From: Eledone cirrhosa
Lineage: Eukaryota
Assembly (NCBI GenBank): GCA_964016885.1
Contig: OZ024742.1
Location: 125,798,001 to 125,862,000 of the forward strand
Length of the DNA stretch: 64,000 nt
Reading direction: 5' to 3'
The notes below the pieces were generated by a model. That model saw only the letters and a program-made list of their open reading frames with translations. It was not told the DNA's origin and searched no databases. Made by a program: the position numbers and the translations under genes. Below are positions 13,646 through 27,908 of this stretch, piece by piece. Position 1 is the first letter of the stretch, and the number at the start of each line of letters is the position of its first letter.

Positions 13646-14370
13646 TTATATCTCAAACCATTTAGCCTTCCCACCTTCACTCATCTCATTACACCTAACA
13701 TAATTCATTCAACTTCAATTATTTCCCCATCAATTACTTTCCTACAATCTAGGCTACGCCTGTGTTTTCCCCTCTCCCTTTCTTTCATTGCTTATTCTTT
13801 TTTTTTATTTTTCCTCTTTTCATTTTAATTTTTCCTTTCTTTTCTGTTCCCTTTAATAATGTGTTTTGTTTTAATTAGATACTGGTCAATAATTTTTATA
13901 TAATGTCAATGTTTTTTTTTTTCGTGACATTGTGAGATTTTGTATATTGAATATGTTTAGCACTTATTATTTGGTACCATCCCAAATGAAAAGCTACAAA
14001 ATGCAATTAAGAATATATTTAATGTCTACCAATTCCTTTTCTATCCCTCTTCTTTTCCCTATCATTGACTGCTGCAACTATCGTTCTATTCCTTCCTCAT
14101 TTTCAGATAAAGATAACAAACTTCACATCCAATGCTTTTCACAGGAATTAAATTTATTTAACTCAATATAAGGAGTAACCATTGCCAACGCAGGCATCAC
14201 CAGTTTTCTAGGATCGGGTTTTATTCTACCTCTATATCATAAAACTATAAAACTTCTCAGTAAATGGCTTATTAACCACCATAGACTTCTCACAGTTATA
14301 CTATAGAGAACCGAGAATTGGTCCACTGAAAAGGAGAATTTCTTATTTAGAAGGATGTACTCTAAGCACA

Positions 14371-14655
14371 TCGGTGAATTGGCAGAGTTGTTAGAACCTC
14401 GGATAGAATGCTTTGCAGTATTTCCTTAGATTCTCTGCTTTCTGAGTTCAAATCGAGGTCAACTTTACCTTTTGTCCTTTCGATGTCGATAAAAATATAC
14501 CAGTCAAGTACTTGCTCCATATCACTTTCTCATTTCCATTCTATCGCACTCTCTTAGGAAAAAATCAGTAATATTCAGACCTGGAGCGGAAATGGGCTTT
14601 GCCAGGTTTAAAAGATGCCCATGAAACGCCGTATGTTAATTCGGTGCCTCTACGA
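14371..14655 (+). mobile_element. tRNA-derived SINE, long-tail variant
   Basis: TGGCAGAGTTGTTAGA...GAGTTCAAATC; the 3' extension is shared with the copies at 15360, 25401 and 50860. Confidence 0.7.
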
Positions 14656-14779
14656 CTCCGGTGAATATGTCTGTGCATGTGTGTATATATGATGTTGGTA
14701 ACAATTACTATTCTGTCGAGCACATGTAAATAACATGAATGTATTAAACACAGAAATAAAATACTTTTGAAAAGATAAA

Positions 14780-14965
14780 TAATTGTTTCTACTTTTGGCA
14801 CAAGGCCAGCAATTATGCCAGTGTATTACTGGTACTTTATTTTATCGACCCCGTAAGGATGAAAGGCAAAGTTAACCTCGGCGGGATTTGAACTCAGACC
14901 ATAAAGGGCCATAACTCATTGCTGCAAAGCATGGCGTCCGACCCTCTACCGATACTGCCAATCCA
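14780..14965 (-). mobile_element. tRNA-derived SINE
   Basis: Near-consensus reverse copy (GGATTTGAACTCAGA; TTATCGACCCCGTAAGGATGAAAGGCAAAG). AGATAAATAATTGTTTCTAC is repeated on both sides. Confidence 0.85.
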
Positions 14966-15359
14966 AGATAAATAATTGTTTCTACGTTTGGCACAAGGCC
15001 AATGAATAGCAAAATGTACATTATAGCATGGTGTGTATATCCATCCTACGTATGGAGCAAAAACTGTAAAATTGTTGCTTGGGAATTTTTAATTCTTTAA
15101 CTCGTAAAATAATTCTGCATGCATAATATAAAAGGCAATTAATTTGAAGAACATTTGAAAATTACCTGTTTCACAAATACGAGAGCAAACTATAAATGAT
15201 GTTCACCACGGTTCGTTTGTGAATAGAAAGCTTTTTCTTCCGAGGAACTTTGTGGAATAAATTTTAAAATGTTCTTTGAGTATTATTAAGTCTGTAAAAT
15301 TCAAACTTAAATTTCCTGTATATTATTATTATTCTTTCTCCTGTAACTCCTGGGGGAGT

Positions 15360-15655
15360 CATAAGGACGCCGATTTACATACAGCATTTCTTGGACATTT
15401 TAAACCTGGCGAAGCCCATCTCTTCTCCAGGTTTGAATACAGCATATTTCTTCTACAGAAGGATAGATATTGAGAGAATGGAAGTGAGAAAGAAAGAGAT
15501 GTATAGGAAAAATCCGTCACAGTACTAGACTGGTATTTTTTATTGACCTCAAAAGGATGACCTCGGTGGGATTTGAACGCAGAAAGCAAAGCTGGAACGA
15601 ATACCGCAAAGCATTTTATCCGTCGTTCTAACGACTCTGCCAATTCACCGCCTTC
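15360..15655 (-). mobile_element. tRNA-derived SINE, long-tail variant
   Basis: Reverse A and B boxes plus the shared tail (AAACCTGGCGAAGCCCAT). Confidence 0.7.
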
Positions 15656-15681
15656 CTGTATTATTACACACAATGTGTGCA

Positions 15682-15890
15682 GTGGATTAGCTGAGTCATT
15701 AGGCCATTGGACAAAGGCGTAGTAGTATTTGTTCCCGCTCTTTACCATCTGAGTTCAAATCCCGCCGAGGTTAAACTTTGTTTTTCATCCTTCCGTTCAT
15801 ACCATAAACTACTAGTGAAATACTGGAGTTGATTTCATCGACGTTCCCATCTCCAAAATTGATTGCCTTGTGTTTCAAGAAGAAACCATT
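15682..15890 (+). mobile_element. tRNA-derived SINE
   Basis: CTGAGTTCAAATCCCGCCGAGGTTAAACTTTG. Confidence 0.7.
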
Positions 15891-18169
15891 ATTTCACACT
15901 AAAAGTGTTTATTTATTGTTAAATAACCACCAAATTTGATGCGGCTTAAATTGATTTCTGGCACAAGCACGGGAACTCAAATGTTGAAGAAGGGGTATAG
16001 TCAATTAAACCGACCTCAGAATTTCACTGCAACTAATACGAACAGATGTTTTTTTTTATATGAATTTCATTTTTTTTAAGTGAGTCAACTTTATAAGAGT
16101 CAATTTTTCAGGATTTATCTATTTAACGATTTGCGAAGAATAGAATATTGATTCAAACAATCAAAAATGTTTTGTAAACGTGATAAAATGCCTCATAAAA
16201 TCTAAATATTGAACCAATAAGTATGGTATGGCTTTTGAACCATTTTTTTTTTTTCGATGACAAATCCAAAAATTCTAATATACTGTGAAATTACTTTGAA
16301 TTCAGGGAACATCACGTAAAAGATATTTCTTAGCTACCAAACTTTCTACAGAGCTCCTTGTAGTCTTGACAATATCAATGACTATATTAACTATGGATAC
16401 TAAATACACTGACATCGCGACATAATACGACTGTAAGCTATATTAAAACTAATAGATAACATCACCAATTAGTAAAACCAATTACTACGGCAATGAATTC
16501 TTAACCATATAGGTCAACTTCAATAGTAACTAGCACTTTATTCCAAGACAGCTGATAAAATTCCAATTCCACCAAATCCTGACTTTTATTGCAGAGAAAT
16601 CTGAATGTCTCCTCATAAAATAGACAACCCTACTAAAGAGGTTTCTATGCGGTGATCAACACTGTTATTGGTGAAAGGCGGCTGAATTATAGATAAAGCC
16701 GTCTTGCTAAGAATTATAAAGATAGACGACCAAATAACGGCAGACAAATAAGAAGCCAGAGCTAATACGAATTTCGAAGAATAGAAAGGATGAAATAAAA
16801 GAACATTAATGACTTAATTCATAGAAAAAGTATATTAAACGATGGGGAAAAGAAGAATTGCCAAACTCACGAGACAAGAATAGTGTTTACAACGAAGAGG
16901 AGAAAAGAAACGTAACGGAACAAATGAGATTTGGGATTTTTTTTTTTTTTGTCTTATTTTTTGTTGTTCTTCTTTTGTCTGTCGAAAACAATAAATTGAA
17001 TATTAATTCTTAATTGAATGTGTTTTAGATTTTTGCTCCAACAATGCAGTTTTTGTTAATCGGTGCAAAGAATGATGCGATTATTTTCAACACCTCATAG
17101 TAGGTGTGTAATCTTGCCAATAATTTATCTGGAGAAAAATATTTTTATGACTCTCAGTAAAAGAGCCGCTGGTTGTTTGTTCATACAAAAATTTAACTTA
17201 AGAACTCTACTATTCAAGTTGTTTCTTAAGAATATATTCACATTTTGAAACTTGCAAAACAGTGAAAATATCGAATTAGATATATTCGGTCATGATAGAG
17301 ATATTGACATACGTTCATACCGCTTTCAATATTTTTATGTTGTCTGTGATTTTACATCTTAAAGATATCAAAATATCAAGACCTTTTCTTAATCAATAGA
17401 CCATTAAATAATATTCAAACAATCTTAAAGTGAATTATCGATGCGTGTAGCTACATAGGAGAATTTTGCCTTAAATAATGAAAACATCCACCAGTCTGAA
17501 ACTAGAGTTTAGTAATTACAGTGATATGTCGCTATTAATATATTTAATTTTGACTAAGCTGAACTATGGTTTTAATGTCCAGAAAATCATTAGATCTAAA
17601 AGAACTTTGTAGAAAGAAGTGGGGAGGAGGGAGTCTCTATTTCTACAAATATATTTGCAATGTGATTTTAGTCCGTTATCTTTATTATATTTAACACATC
17701 ATCAAACGGGATACTAGTTTTCATCTAAAGAAAATATAATTGTTCAATATATTTCAAACGTAATATAGATTCAGTGTTGGTTAACATTTCATACACACAA
17801 TAATTTCTTCTCACTCCGACGAGTAAAAGCACCAATTTGTTGTTGTTGTTTTTGTTGTAATAGTTTTTGTTGTTGTTGTTGTTTAGCCCCACGTCAGTCT
17901 CGACTACACAGACGTTATGTTCAATCCGTGACTAGCTTATATTTTCCTCAAGCAGTGCGTACCTAGGGGCTTCCTTATTCAATGTTCCTCTCTCTTTGGA
18001 AGAATGATAGAGTATAATTTATGAAAGATTTGCCTCCCGTTTCTAACAGGTTTAGTGAGCCAGTAGAGATTCCCTACTTGGCTTGATGTTTTAGCTTTGT
18101 TCTATGAGACTAAATTCCCCTCAAAATAAAGCCTGGGTGTGAATTAAAGGACAGTATTGTCAAGAGGTC

Positions 18170-18296
18170 CTATCCAATCAAATCCAGAGCCTTCTCACTC
18201 CTGTTGGAGGAACACCTCCCTGGTTGTTGACCACTCGACAGGGGTTGTACTGGTTACATATTACCAGTAGTAGGCAGAAGCCTCACCTAACCTGAT
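18170..18296 (-). mobile_element. Internally deleted copy of the RTE-5'UTR-like short element
   Basis: Reverse complement reads TCAGGT..TACTGGTAATATGTAACCAGTACAACC...GGAGTGAGAAGGCTCTGGATT, matching both ends of 27909-28267. Confidence 0.55.
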
Positions 18297-18309
18297 GTAT
18301 GTTTAATTA

Positions 18310-18384
<75 letters not shown>

Positions 18385-18420
18385 CGGTTTATAATGATAT
18401 ACTATAATATACTATTACTA

Positions 18421-18572
18421 GGCAGTATCGGTAGAAGGTTGGACGCCATGCTGCGTTCAAATCCCGCCGAGGTTAACATTGCCTTTCATCCTTACGGGGT
18501 TGATAAGAAAAAGCACTAGTAATGCACTGGGATAATTGCTGGCCTTGTGCCAAAAATAGATACAATTATTAT
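18421..18572 (+). mobile_element. tRNA-derived SINE
   Basis: GGCAGTATCGGTAGA...GTTCAAATCCCGCCGAGG...GCCTTTCATCCTTACGGGG. Confidence 0.8.
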
Positions 18573-18779
18573 TATTGGTGTTTGAAGCGAAAGGACGTAC
18601 TATTGTGAGCTTATGGAAGTTTGTTATTTTACCGCATTTAAATCCTTTTCTTAATATATTTTTGTTTCAAAGGGGGCATAAATCTTTAGTATTTACCTTC
18701 AAGAAGGGAACCATAATAATATTTGGCCTAGGATCCAAATATTTGAACTTTGTATATTTTTTGAAAATTTCTTTCTAAT

Positions 18780-21615
18780 AAAACATGGATGGAATACGCC
18801 CCCTTCCGTTAAATCAGCTGTCACGTGACACTCGACAACGTCGAGTGGGGTAACACCAGCCCTCCCACAACTATTACAAACACCAACACCACATTAGGCA
18901 GTATTGTCAACAGCAACACCAACAACAAAAACAAAATAAATGAGAACAACAACAACCGGAATAATGACAACAAGAACGGCGAACGTCAAGACCAAGAACA
19001 ACATGATCAACGACAACGCTATCAGCCAAAATGAAAAGCAGCAAAACAGCATCAACAAAAAGAACGACAACTGCAGCAACACAACACACAGAGTACTTTC
19101 CCAGCCACAGCGGCAAAGAGTCAAACTCTATACAACTTTGATTTAACAAAAAAATCAACGCTTGGCCCAGGCGAAGAACATTATAACCAGAGATAAGCTG
19201 TGGGCCAACTTAAACGTCCCGGCAGAGGTGATGCTGAAATATAGATGCATTTCAGTGAAATCTCGCAAAGCCGAGACAGCCTCTGAATGACAGGTGGAGG
19301 CTGCACTTAAGTGCATTAATAATGATATCAAACACATAGCAAGGGTCAAACAATTTGACAGCATCTTGATGCTCTTGAAAACTGAGGCCCTTGCTATGAA
19401 GCATTCTGTGGGCCCCTGCAAAACGGACCAAATAATCATGTACCCGGCCTATATGGGGGGGGTGACAGTAAGGGCCCGTGTTTCCAGGATTCCACCGAGA
19501 CTAACCTATGGAGGTTCCTCACATGCGTGGCGGCAGAGGGCCCTGACACATCCTCGATATCAAATTTACACAAACGGAGAGGTGATGCGGGACTGGTTTG
19601 CAGATTCTTCTCCAAATTAGACCCGAAGATATCAGAAATATCCCGAACAACATCAAACTGCCGGACGGGTACGAAATACAAATAATCACGAAGGGCAAAC
19701 GGCCACACAGTTTCGTTTGGGGTGAGGCCACACACTTGCGAGCCGTTTGTTCCCAGCTGAAAACTGCAGGGAGCCAAAAGCCTCCGTTGGTGCCGACACG
19801 GGAGAGAGGTCCACCACCAACAGCAGCAGTAACAACACCAACGGAAACGCGTCCAGCAAAGTTGACCACCCAAGCAGAAGATAAGGAACGTCTCCCACCC
19901 CACCCACCCAATCAGTACATACAAAAACACACACACAAACACAGACACACTTATAGACACAAACACTTCGTCTGCCAGTAGCGAAGACGAGGCAATACCA
20001 AAGGCAAAGAAACAAAAGAGGAAGAACAAGAAAAAAATCCACACAAACACTTCCATAACACTACCAACACCATCAACACCACCACAATCACCAAAAGCCA
20101 AACAACGACAACAAACAAAATAATAAAACAAAACACAACTTCGTGCTAGTAAGAAGACCCTACAAGGAATTGATGGCTCTGATAGCACGAAGGCATGAAA
20201 TAGAAAAGATATTTGGAACGAACACATTTCGCGTGCCAGAAGATTTACTACTGGTACGAATGTCGTATGACTCCTACTATGTGGTTAGAGAGAGCTTTCC
20301 TCGGGACGTGGGAACCCCGAATGTGAAACCCACATCATGACTTTTAAAGGGGTTCCCTAAAGAAACGCTCGACCTCCAGAAACCCCCGAGAAGTAAGTAA
20401 ACATTTCCTCTTGCTTTTAGCCTGCCAAAATGGTCATTCTATGAGTAGGATGTTTGAATGCCTATGGTCGTCCTGGAAGCAGAGTCGTCTGCAGAACGAC
20501 CTCAGAGCACTAGATATGGATGTGACTGCCATAGTGAGACTAGGATTTCCGACACGCACACACTAGCCTTCATGTTCATCGACTATCAGATATTCGCATT
20601 TCTTAGTCGACTGGGAATGGGGGAGGGTGGCAGTGCTGTTTAAGAAAACCCTGCATCTCGAGGTGAGGTCGATCTTCCGGGACCCGGACGGTAAGTTGGA
20701 GGTCCTGGACGCGAGCACTATTGAAGGTGGTGCTTTTAGACTAGTGGCCGTTTACGCCCCGAGCGGACACGGACGGCCGGATTTCTTCAGGCACCTGGAA
20801 GCTTTTCTGGGAACCACTCTCCCTTTAGTGTTAGCGGGGAACTGGAATAGCATCGTCTTAAACGCACGCTGGGATTGTGTGGGAATAGCTGATTGGAGCG
20901 GGGGGATGCAAAAGCCTCAAGTACCTGATCAGCCAATTCCAGCTCTCTGACAGGTATCGACTAGATTTCACTATTGCGCCAGTGTGAACCACTTAGTGTT
21001 ATCTAGATCGTATATAAAAATCTTTTTTCATTAGATCAATAGATAAGAAAGAATAGTATAGGTTGTCCACATTTTCGAACAGTCGCCTATTCAGATCAGA
21101 GGTTTGTGTTCTGCATGGGCGATCTAGATAGAACATGCAGGTTAGGACCTGGTTACTGGAACCTGAACAGGTCATTCCAAGCACGTAAAGATTACAGGGA
21201 CCAAGTCAACAATTTTGTGAAGCAAAAGTTAACAGGGGAGTCGTCAACAACAGGTGGTGGGGGCTCTCAGAAGAGAGATTAGAGTATTCTCGATAGATTT
21301 TAGTGAAGAAGTAGCGTTAAAGAAAAATAGGCGGGAACTGGTAGCTAAATTAGACTAGGTTATTTGCAGTAGCATTGCAACTGACATGCTAGCGGCGAGA
21401 ATGGCATTTGACCATTTCTTCAATGCGAAACACGAAGATTGCATTGTCAGATCTAAGGTACATGCTCTAAGAAACGAGGTATGGAAAGCTGTTCGATGGG
21501 GCCGCATGGCAGAGTCGAAGCATGGTAACAAAATCACAATTCGGTCTATGACGGAGCGAGACGAACGTGAGCTGAACGATTCCAGGCAGATTCGGGGACT
21601 GCCTCCTCTCAATGC
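18780..21615 (+). mobile_element. Degenerate L1/Tx1-type LINE (ORF1, endonuclease and linker; RT missing)
   Basis: MYPAYMG and KGKRPHSFVWGEATHLRAVC (degenerate ORF1 knuckle). GAFRLVAVYAP...FLGT...LAGNWN and KHEDCIVRSK are homologous to the element at 1-4255. Confidence 0.85.
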
Positions 21616-21856
21616 AACAGATCTTTTACCGGTAGTCTCCGAATCGAATTTTCAATTTCCTATTATCTTTTCTCTATCTTCCATGATATGTTTGGGTTCA
21701 ACATAACCCTGTTATGTAATTCTGTCGAGGTTGCCTGATGAAATCTTCCTGTCTCGCATCATTTGGTTGATGGAGCTGGGTCATCGAAATAGGTTTAGTG
21801 ATTTCACGGAATTAAATTTTTAAAGCATATCTTCCACTCCAGGCATTCTGTTGTTG

Positions 21857-22004
<148 letters not shown>

Positions 22005-22715
22005 ATTGATAGATGGATAGATAGATAACTTTTTTTGGGGATAGATAGATAGATATAGAGAGAGAGTGATGTTTTCTTAGTAAAAGTATATTACATAAAG
22101 GGAGATCTAGAGAGCATGCAGAAGAGAGTGTAAAGTAGGCATAATGGCATGGCGTTTCTGTTCAAGTAAACCCCATCGGAAATTTAATATAATATAATCA
22201 GGATAAATGCAATTATTTGCAGCAAAGTTAATCTACAAATGGTCCTTGAACTCTGTAGCGTTTTAATTAGTTACTGAAGCTTGGACATGGTAAATGTTGC
22301 AAATGGCAATGAACAGAGTGTGTTCATTAACCCTGAGATGGCAACTAACATCAGAGAAAGGCATGCTTATCTTAACTTCTATTACTCTGTCCTTCTTGCC
22401 GTTATTATTCTTGCCTGATGGACAATCAATTTAACCAGATACTTCATTTAATTTTAATGCATATCAAAACTTAATTTCTATTATTAATTTCAATTAGATT
22501 TGCTATTATTATTATTATTGCTGTTATCGTTGTTGGTGTCGCTGCTTTTATTGTTGTTGCAGTTGTTGTTGTTGTTGTTGTTCTTGCATAAGGGATAGTG
22601 TCAAGAAGGGAGGGGACATAGATTTCTATTAATTTCAATAATAGGTCATTGACATTGATCCAGCCTGCATGTATATCTACATAATAACTTAAACGGCGGA
22701 AACTGTGTATATTTA

Positions 22716-23172
22716 TAAGGGTTTCTAATTTAGGAACAAGGCCAGCAAAGTTGATTATACTGTCCCCAGTACTTGATAAGTACTTTATTTTACTACTTTT
22801 TGGCACAAGGCCAGCAATTACCCAGTACATTACTGGTACTTTATTTTATCGACCCCGTAACGATGAAAGGCAAAGTTAACCTCGGCGGGATTTGAACTCA
22901 GAATGCCAAGGGCCGTAACTCTATGCGTCAAAGCATGGCGTCCGACCCTCTTGATAATGTTTTCTGATTTAGTCACAAGGTCAACAATTTCAAAGGGTGG
23001 AGAAGATCTATTAAATCTACTTCAGTGCGTTACTGGTACTCTATTTCATCGACTCCGTAAGGATGAAAGGCAAAGCTAACCTCAGCAGGATTTGAACTCA
23101 TAATGTAAAGGGTCGTAACTATATGCCACAAAGTATGCTGTCTGACGCTCAACCGACACTGCCAATTCACCG
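22716..23172 (-). mobile_element. Tandem tRNA-derived SINE copies
   Basis: Two adjacent reverse copies (~22790-22950 and ~22955-23172) plus a duplicated 3' piece. Confidence 0.8.
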
Positions 23173-23939
23173 CTCTTTTATTTATATTAACAATGTTTTA
23201 TCATTTTGGCGCAATGTCAGTAGATTTTAGGGAGAGAGGAAAGTCGATTATATCCGTTAAAGGCACATAAAAACCAGGTGCTTATGTTAAATCGAGCCTC
23301 CGAGTACGTCTACCACGTAAATAGGCGGAATTTGAACTCAGAGTCTGAAAAATATGACTGATCTAGGCTGGCATATTATTTATCGACCTGGAAAAGATGA
23401 AAAACAATGATGATCTCGACAGAATTTGAACGTATTTTTTATTCCTGCCTCTATTTACTATTTTATTTGTAATATCACGGTTCCTCGTCAATAACCCATT
23501 CATTTAAAGTAATCGTGGTTGATAGTATCAAGGTGTTTTAGTAACTTGTATAAATTTCAAGACCATGTAATTGTTTGGTTGAAGAATATCAGAATAAATG
23601 CATTATCTTACAACTTTCGATATCTTGCAACTCTCTGTTCGAGTAAACTACATTAAGTAGTCGATTTTCTGTTACGGAAATAAGAGTTTAATTGCTTTAT
23701 CTCTGATAGATGGGACATTGCGGTTGCAAATAGACACTGGAGTTGATAGCAAACTAAACTAGCTTCAAAAGCTACCTTTATATGAAACTAGTCAAATTAT
23801 TTTATAACTGTTGTTTCAAATTTACTCTATATATGCAAATGTCCTAGAAAATTTTATTGTTTGCCTCTTCGTCAGAAATACGAATAACTTCGATTCCAGG
23901 TCTATTTCCCGAAACATACTTTAAAATCTAAAGTCTTTC

Positions 23940-24203
23940 TGGAGCCTCGAGGCTCATCATGCCGGTGCTTACCCGGTTTCCGTGGCGCGAAGCGAGTGAA
24001 GGTACAAGACTCCCTATTAAATAGGATGCCAGTACATCGCAGGAATAACTCCCAGCTATTTCTGGCACTTGCTTTCAGGTGAGTATACTGGAGCAACGCG
24101 AAATGAAATGTTTTGTTCAAGAACCCAACACAGAGCCTAATCCAGAAATTTAACTCACAACATTATGACGTGCAACATACTTACCACTAGGCTATGCACC
24201 TCC
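23940..24203 (-). mobile_element. Second tRNA-derived SINE family (V-domain-like)
   Basis: Reverse strand begins GGAGGTGCATAGCCTAGTGGTAAG (A box), then GTGTTGGGTTCTTGAACAAAACATTTCATTTC. A partial tail homolog lies at ~27620-27685. Confidence 0.55.
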
Positions 24204-24576
24204 ACTAAAAAATATGTTAGGTGATGAAAAGATCGTTACTCAAACGTGTACGGTCATAGTTTTTATGCTTTCAAACTAGCCAAATGTAAAACACTAACAC
24301 TATAAAGAGAGGCTTGTAACTATTATATGATAATATAGAATGAATACGTATAATATACAAGTTGTTGTTATTTATCTTGATGTCAGCTATGATTGAACAA
24401 TTTATGATTTTCAAAAGACTTCCAGCAATAACCATCTCGTCTTAATTTCCATGTATCATGTATGTAATACTAGATATACAAAGTAATTTTAGGTATCATA
24501 ATTTTAGGACGGTGGGGGATTTAAGGGAAATTTAGCTGCTAATACTATCATACCAAGTGACTATCATACCTTTACG

Positions 24577-25028
24577 ATCTGAGTTCAAATCCCACCGAGG
24601 TTGACTTTGCCTTTCATCCTTACGGGATCGATAAAATAAAGTACCAGTAATGCACTGGGTAATTACTGGTCTTGTGCCTAAAGTAGAAACAATTATTTTG
24701 GAGGTATGATTGTTTCCTAATCCATAGAGCACAGGACGAAATATGTTGTCATTTTTAGTTATGATTCCTTAATTTCATTCCTGCTGTAGTTGACTTTGCC
24801 ATTTATTGATGAAATTATGGTTTCTAATTTAGGCTCAAAACCAACAACTTGGATATGGGTTTAGCCGATCAAATCTGCCCCAGGACTAGACGGCTGCCTA
24901 ATTTCATCAAGCTGGGAAAGATGAAAGGCAAAGTTCACCTCGGCGCGATTTGAACTCAGAACGTAAAGAGATGTAGCTAAATACCACAAAGCATTTCTGA
25001 CAGTCTAGCAATTCTGCCAATCCCCGCC
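24577..25028. mobile_element. Two tRNA-derived SINE copies in opposite orientation (24577-24697 plus; 24815-25028 minus)
   Basis: B box and central domain are present in both. Confidence 0.75.
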
Positions 25029-25400
25029 TTTTACTATAGATTAAATATTATGTACTCCTGTCAAATCTCTGTGACCTTGTATTAATGTCAGAAATCCTTC
25101 CTTATTGGTTTGAATAGAGTGGAATAGTAGATCACCAGATTCGTATTCAAATGCTGCCTCATATTCCAAGTTTTCAAGCCTATAAAATAAATGCCACAAA
25201 CATCCTGCTATTGATACAATTGATTATACCCTCTTCTCAATAAAACTTGTTGTGTTAAGATTATACTTTTCTAGTCCATTGTCCTCACCTCACTCATTAG
25301 AGTGTATATATAAAATATCTATATTTACACCAAATTTCAAGTGCTTTTGTTTCTGGTTATCATGTGATTTATTCTTCTCTATACCTAAGGTCAAGGTAAC

Positions 25401-25690
25401 GAATTGGCAGAGTCGTTAGAAAGTCAGATAGAATGCTTTTTGGTATTCGTTCCAACTCTCTGCTCTTTGAGTTCAAATCCAGCCGAGGTCTACTTCGGCG
25501 TTCATCCATTCGAGGTCGAGAAAAAAGTACTAATCAAGTTCTGGTGTCGATTATTCCTGCATATCTCTTTCTTATTTCCATTCTCTCACTCTCTATCCTT
25601 CTCTGGAAGGAACTTGCTATATTCAGATCTGGAGAAAAGATCCGCCAACGTTTAAAAAAACATGCCCGAGACGCGCTCTATGTCAATGAA
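25401..25690 (+). mobile_element. tRNA-derived SINE, long-tail variant
   Basis: TGGCAGAGTCGTTAGA...GAGTTCAAATCC plus the shared tail. Confidence 0.7.
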
Positions 25691-25866
25691 TTATGGGACC
25701 ATGTAAGCATACACATGGTCTCAGACATGAAACTCTAAATAGTGTAAATGCCATTGCTGTAAATATACTTTCCAAAGCTAGAGCTTAATCTGTACAAAAA
25801 TGATTATAACAACTCATCGTTTTCTTCTCTTGTCAAAAATTAAAACTTTACCTTATATGTAAGTAT

Positions 25867-26308
25867 TGTAGGGAGGCGACTTGCTGTGGTTCCTTCTCCG
25901 CCTCCAACCTTGTCGCTTAAGCCATAAACCCGAGCTTACTCACTGCAATTCAGAAGAGAGGAAGATAGTTAAATACCGGGGCCTAACCGACCACTTGCAC
26001 TTTGAACCGGTCTTCGTTGAGTCCTCTGGTATTATCGGTCCCCGCATTGCTCCATAAAGATGGTGGTCTACACTGTGAGGTGGAGTTGCTGTTGCAGCGG
26101 GTGTCTCTGGCCATTCTCAGTGGTAATGCCTTTGCCATTTTGTCCGCTGCGAGCGGCTGAGACAGTGCTCGGGCTGGGGGTGTAGTGTCTGGCTCCTCCT
26201 TTTCTTTCGTTGCTTGATTCTTTTTTGTTTCCTTTTCTTCTTTTCATTTCTCTTTATATTGGGTTTTGCTTTTGTATAAACAGCTTTGCAAAATAAAAAG
26301 AAATACAA
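25867..26308 (+). mobile_element. Possible solo LTR
   Basis: GC-richer island that begins TGTAGG and ends ATACA, with a TATA-like TAAATA (~25970) and AATAAA (~26292). No clear target-site duplication. Confidence 0.3.
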
Positions 26309-26814
26309 AATTTAATTTTGAAAATGTTTTCTGAAATATATAAAAAAATAGTATTGTATTAAATTCCAATACAATAATGATAATAATATATTCAGAGCTT
26401 CTTCATCGGTTTCGTTAATGAGAATTCAGTTGTTCCTTAAATTAATGTGTAAGACTGTTACACGGTCACGTGTACTGTTAACGTAATTTTCAGGTAGAAT
26501 GAGAGTGACAGAATATATGACAAGACTGAATATTTCAATTACAGGTACAATCTATCTGGTCTTCTTTCACACAGTTTCTGTCAACGCAATTTACCTTTCC
26601 AGCATTTGACATTTGAACAAAGCACTTTTCAGTTGGTTGTTGAATTTTATACTTAATTAGTAATTTTCCATTCCAACGCAGCCCCTGTCCAATACTATAT
26701 TATGTCAGCAATTCCACATACGAACACTAAGACTGAGCTGACTAATCAATCCTGTAATCAGTTATGGATATATTCATTTGAACATCGCAGCTTCCAGCTG
26801 AGTTCAGATATAAT

Positions 26815-27027
26815 GTTCTTAGATTTGGACACAAGGTCCACAATTCTAGAGAAGAGGAAAGTTGATTAAATCGACCCCAATGCGTTACTGGTACTTTATT
26901 TTATCGACCCCGTAAGGATGAACGGCAAAGCTAACCTTGACGAGATTTAAATTCAGATCGTAAAAGGGCATAAGTCTATGCCACAAAGCATTGTCCGAAC
27001 CTCTACCGATACTGCCAATCCACCACC
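26815..27027 (-). mobile_element. tRNA-derived SINE
   Basis: Reverse central domain and A box (CTACCGATACTGCCAATCC). Confidence 0.8.
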
Positions 27028-27908
27028 CTCTGTGTTCAGACATAATGCATCACTTATGAGGTGGGTATTGAACATTATGCACAGTCTGCAAGTTTGCAGT
27101 TGAACGCATCAGGTTCGAGTTGTGTGTTCAATGCTATACTTAGTCAACTATCTAAGATTTAACTGTAGCGTCTCTGTTGGAGCTGTAAAATAATATACTT
27201 AATTATCAATTATGTATGTGTACATCACAAGGTAATTTTGATGTGGCTATCTAATAGTATGGTGAATTGTGTGGTTGTTCTGTCATGGCTTCTTTCGGTT
27301 ACTAATTCATGTGCTTCTGCAATTGCTCAAATACGGTTACGATTTGGAGGACATTGCAGGAGAATAGGCAGGAAGTTATACACAAGCGACTATTGTGGGA
27401 ACCAAATCACGGGAAACGTAGTAGAGAAAGGCCTGCTTGAACGTTCATTGACCAACTCTCAAACGATACAAACTACTAAATTGCCATTTAGCATTTGTAC
27501 ACAACTGAACATAACGGACCGTTCAATATTAGACTCAGTCAGAATTCCTTTATTTTAACACAGTTAACTACCCAATACTAATAGTTAAATTAAAGTGTTT
27601 CTAAGAGGAAGCCTCATCAGATCGGTGCTTATCCCCATTTTCCTTGGAGCTAAATGACTGAGAGTTCAAGACTCTCCATGGACAGATCAAGATATGGAAT
27701 ATCATACCTCAATTAAAAAGTTTAAATTTATACACAACATATTTGTGTTAGCTCCTCGGTACTGTATTCAAATAGCAATTGATCCCCGCATTTGAAGCTA
27801 GCTGTCTAAAATTAAACCTAGTTTGCCTTTTGGTTTCTAATGTAAAATTGATGAATGTTTCCTAAGCTTACAGTGTTGAGTTCATATTTGCAGTGAATTC
27901 AATTAGTC

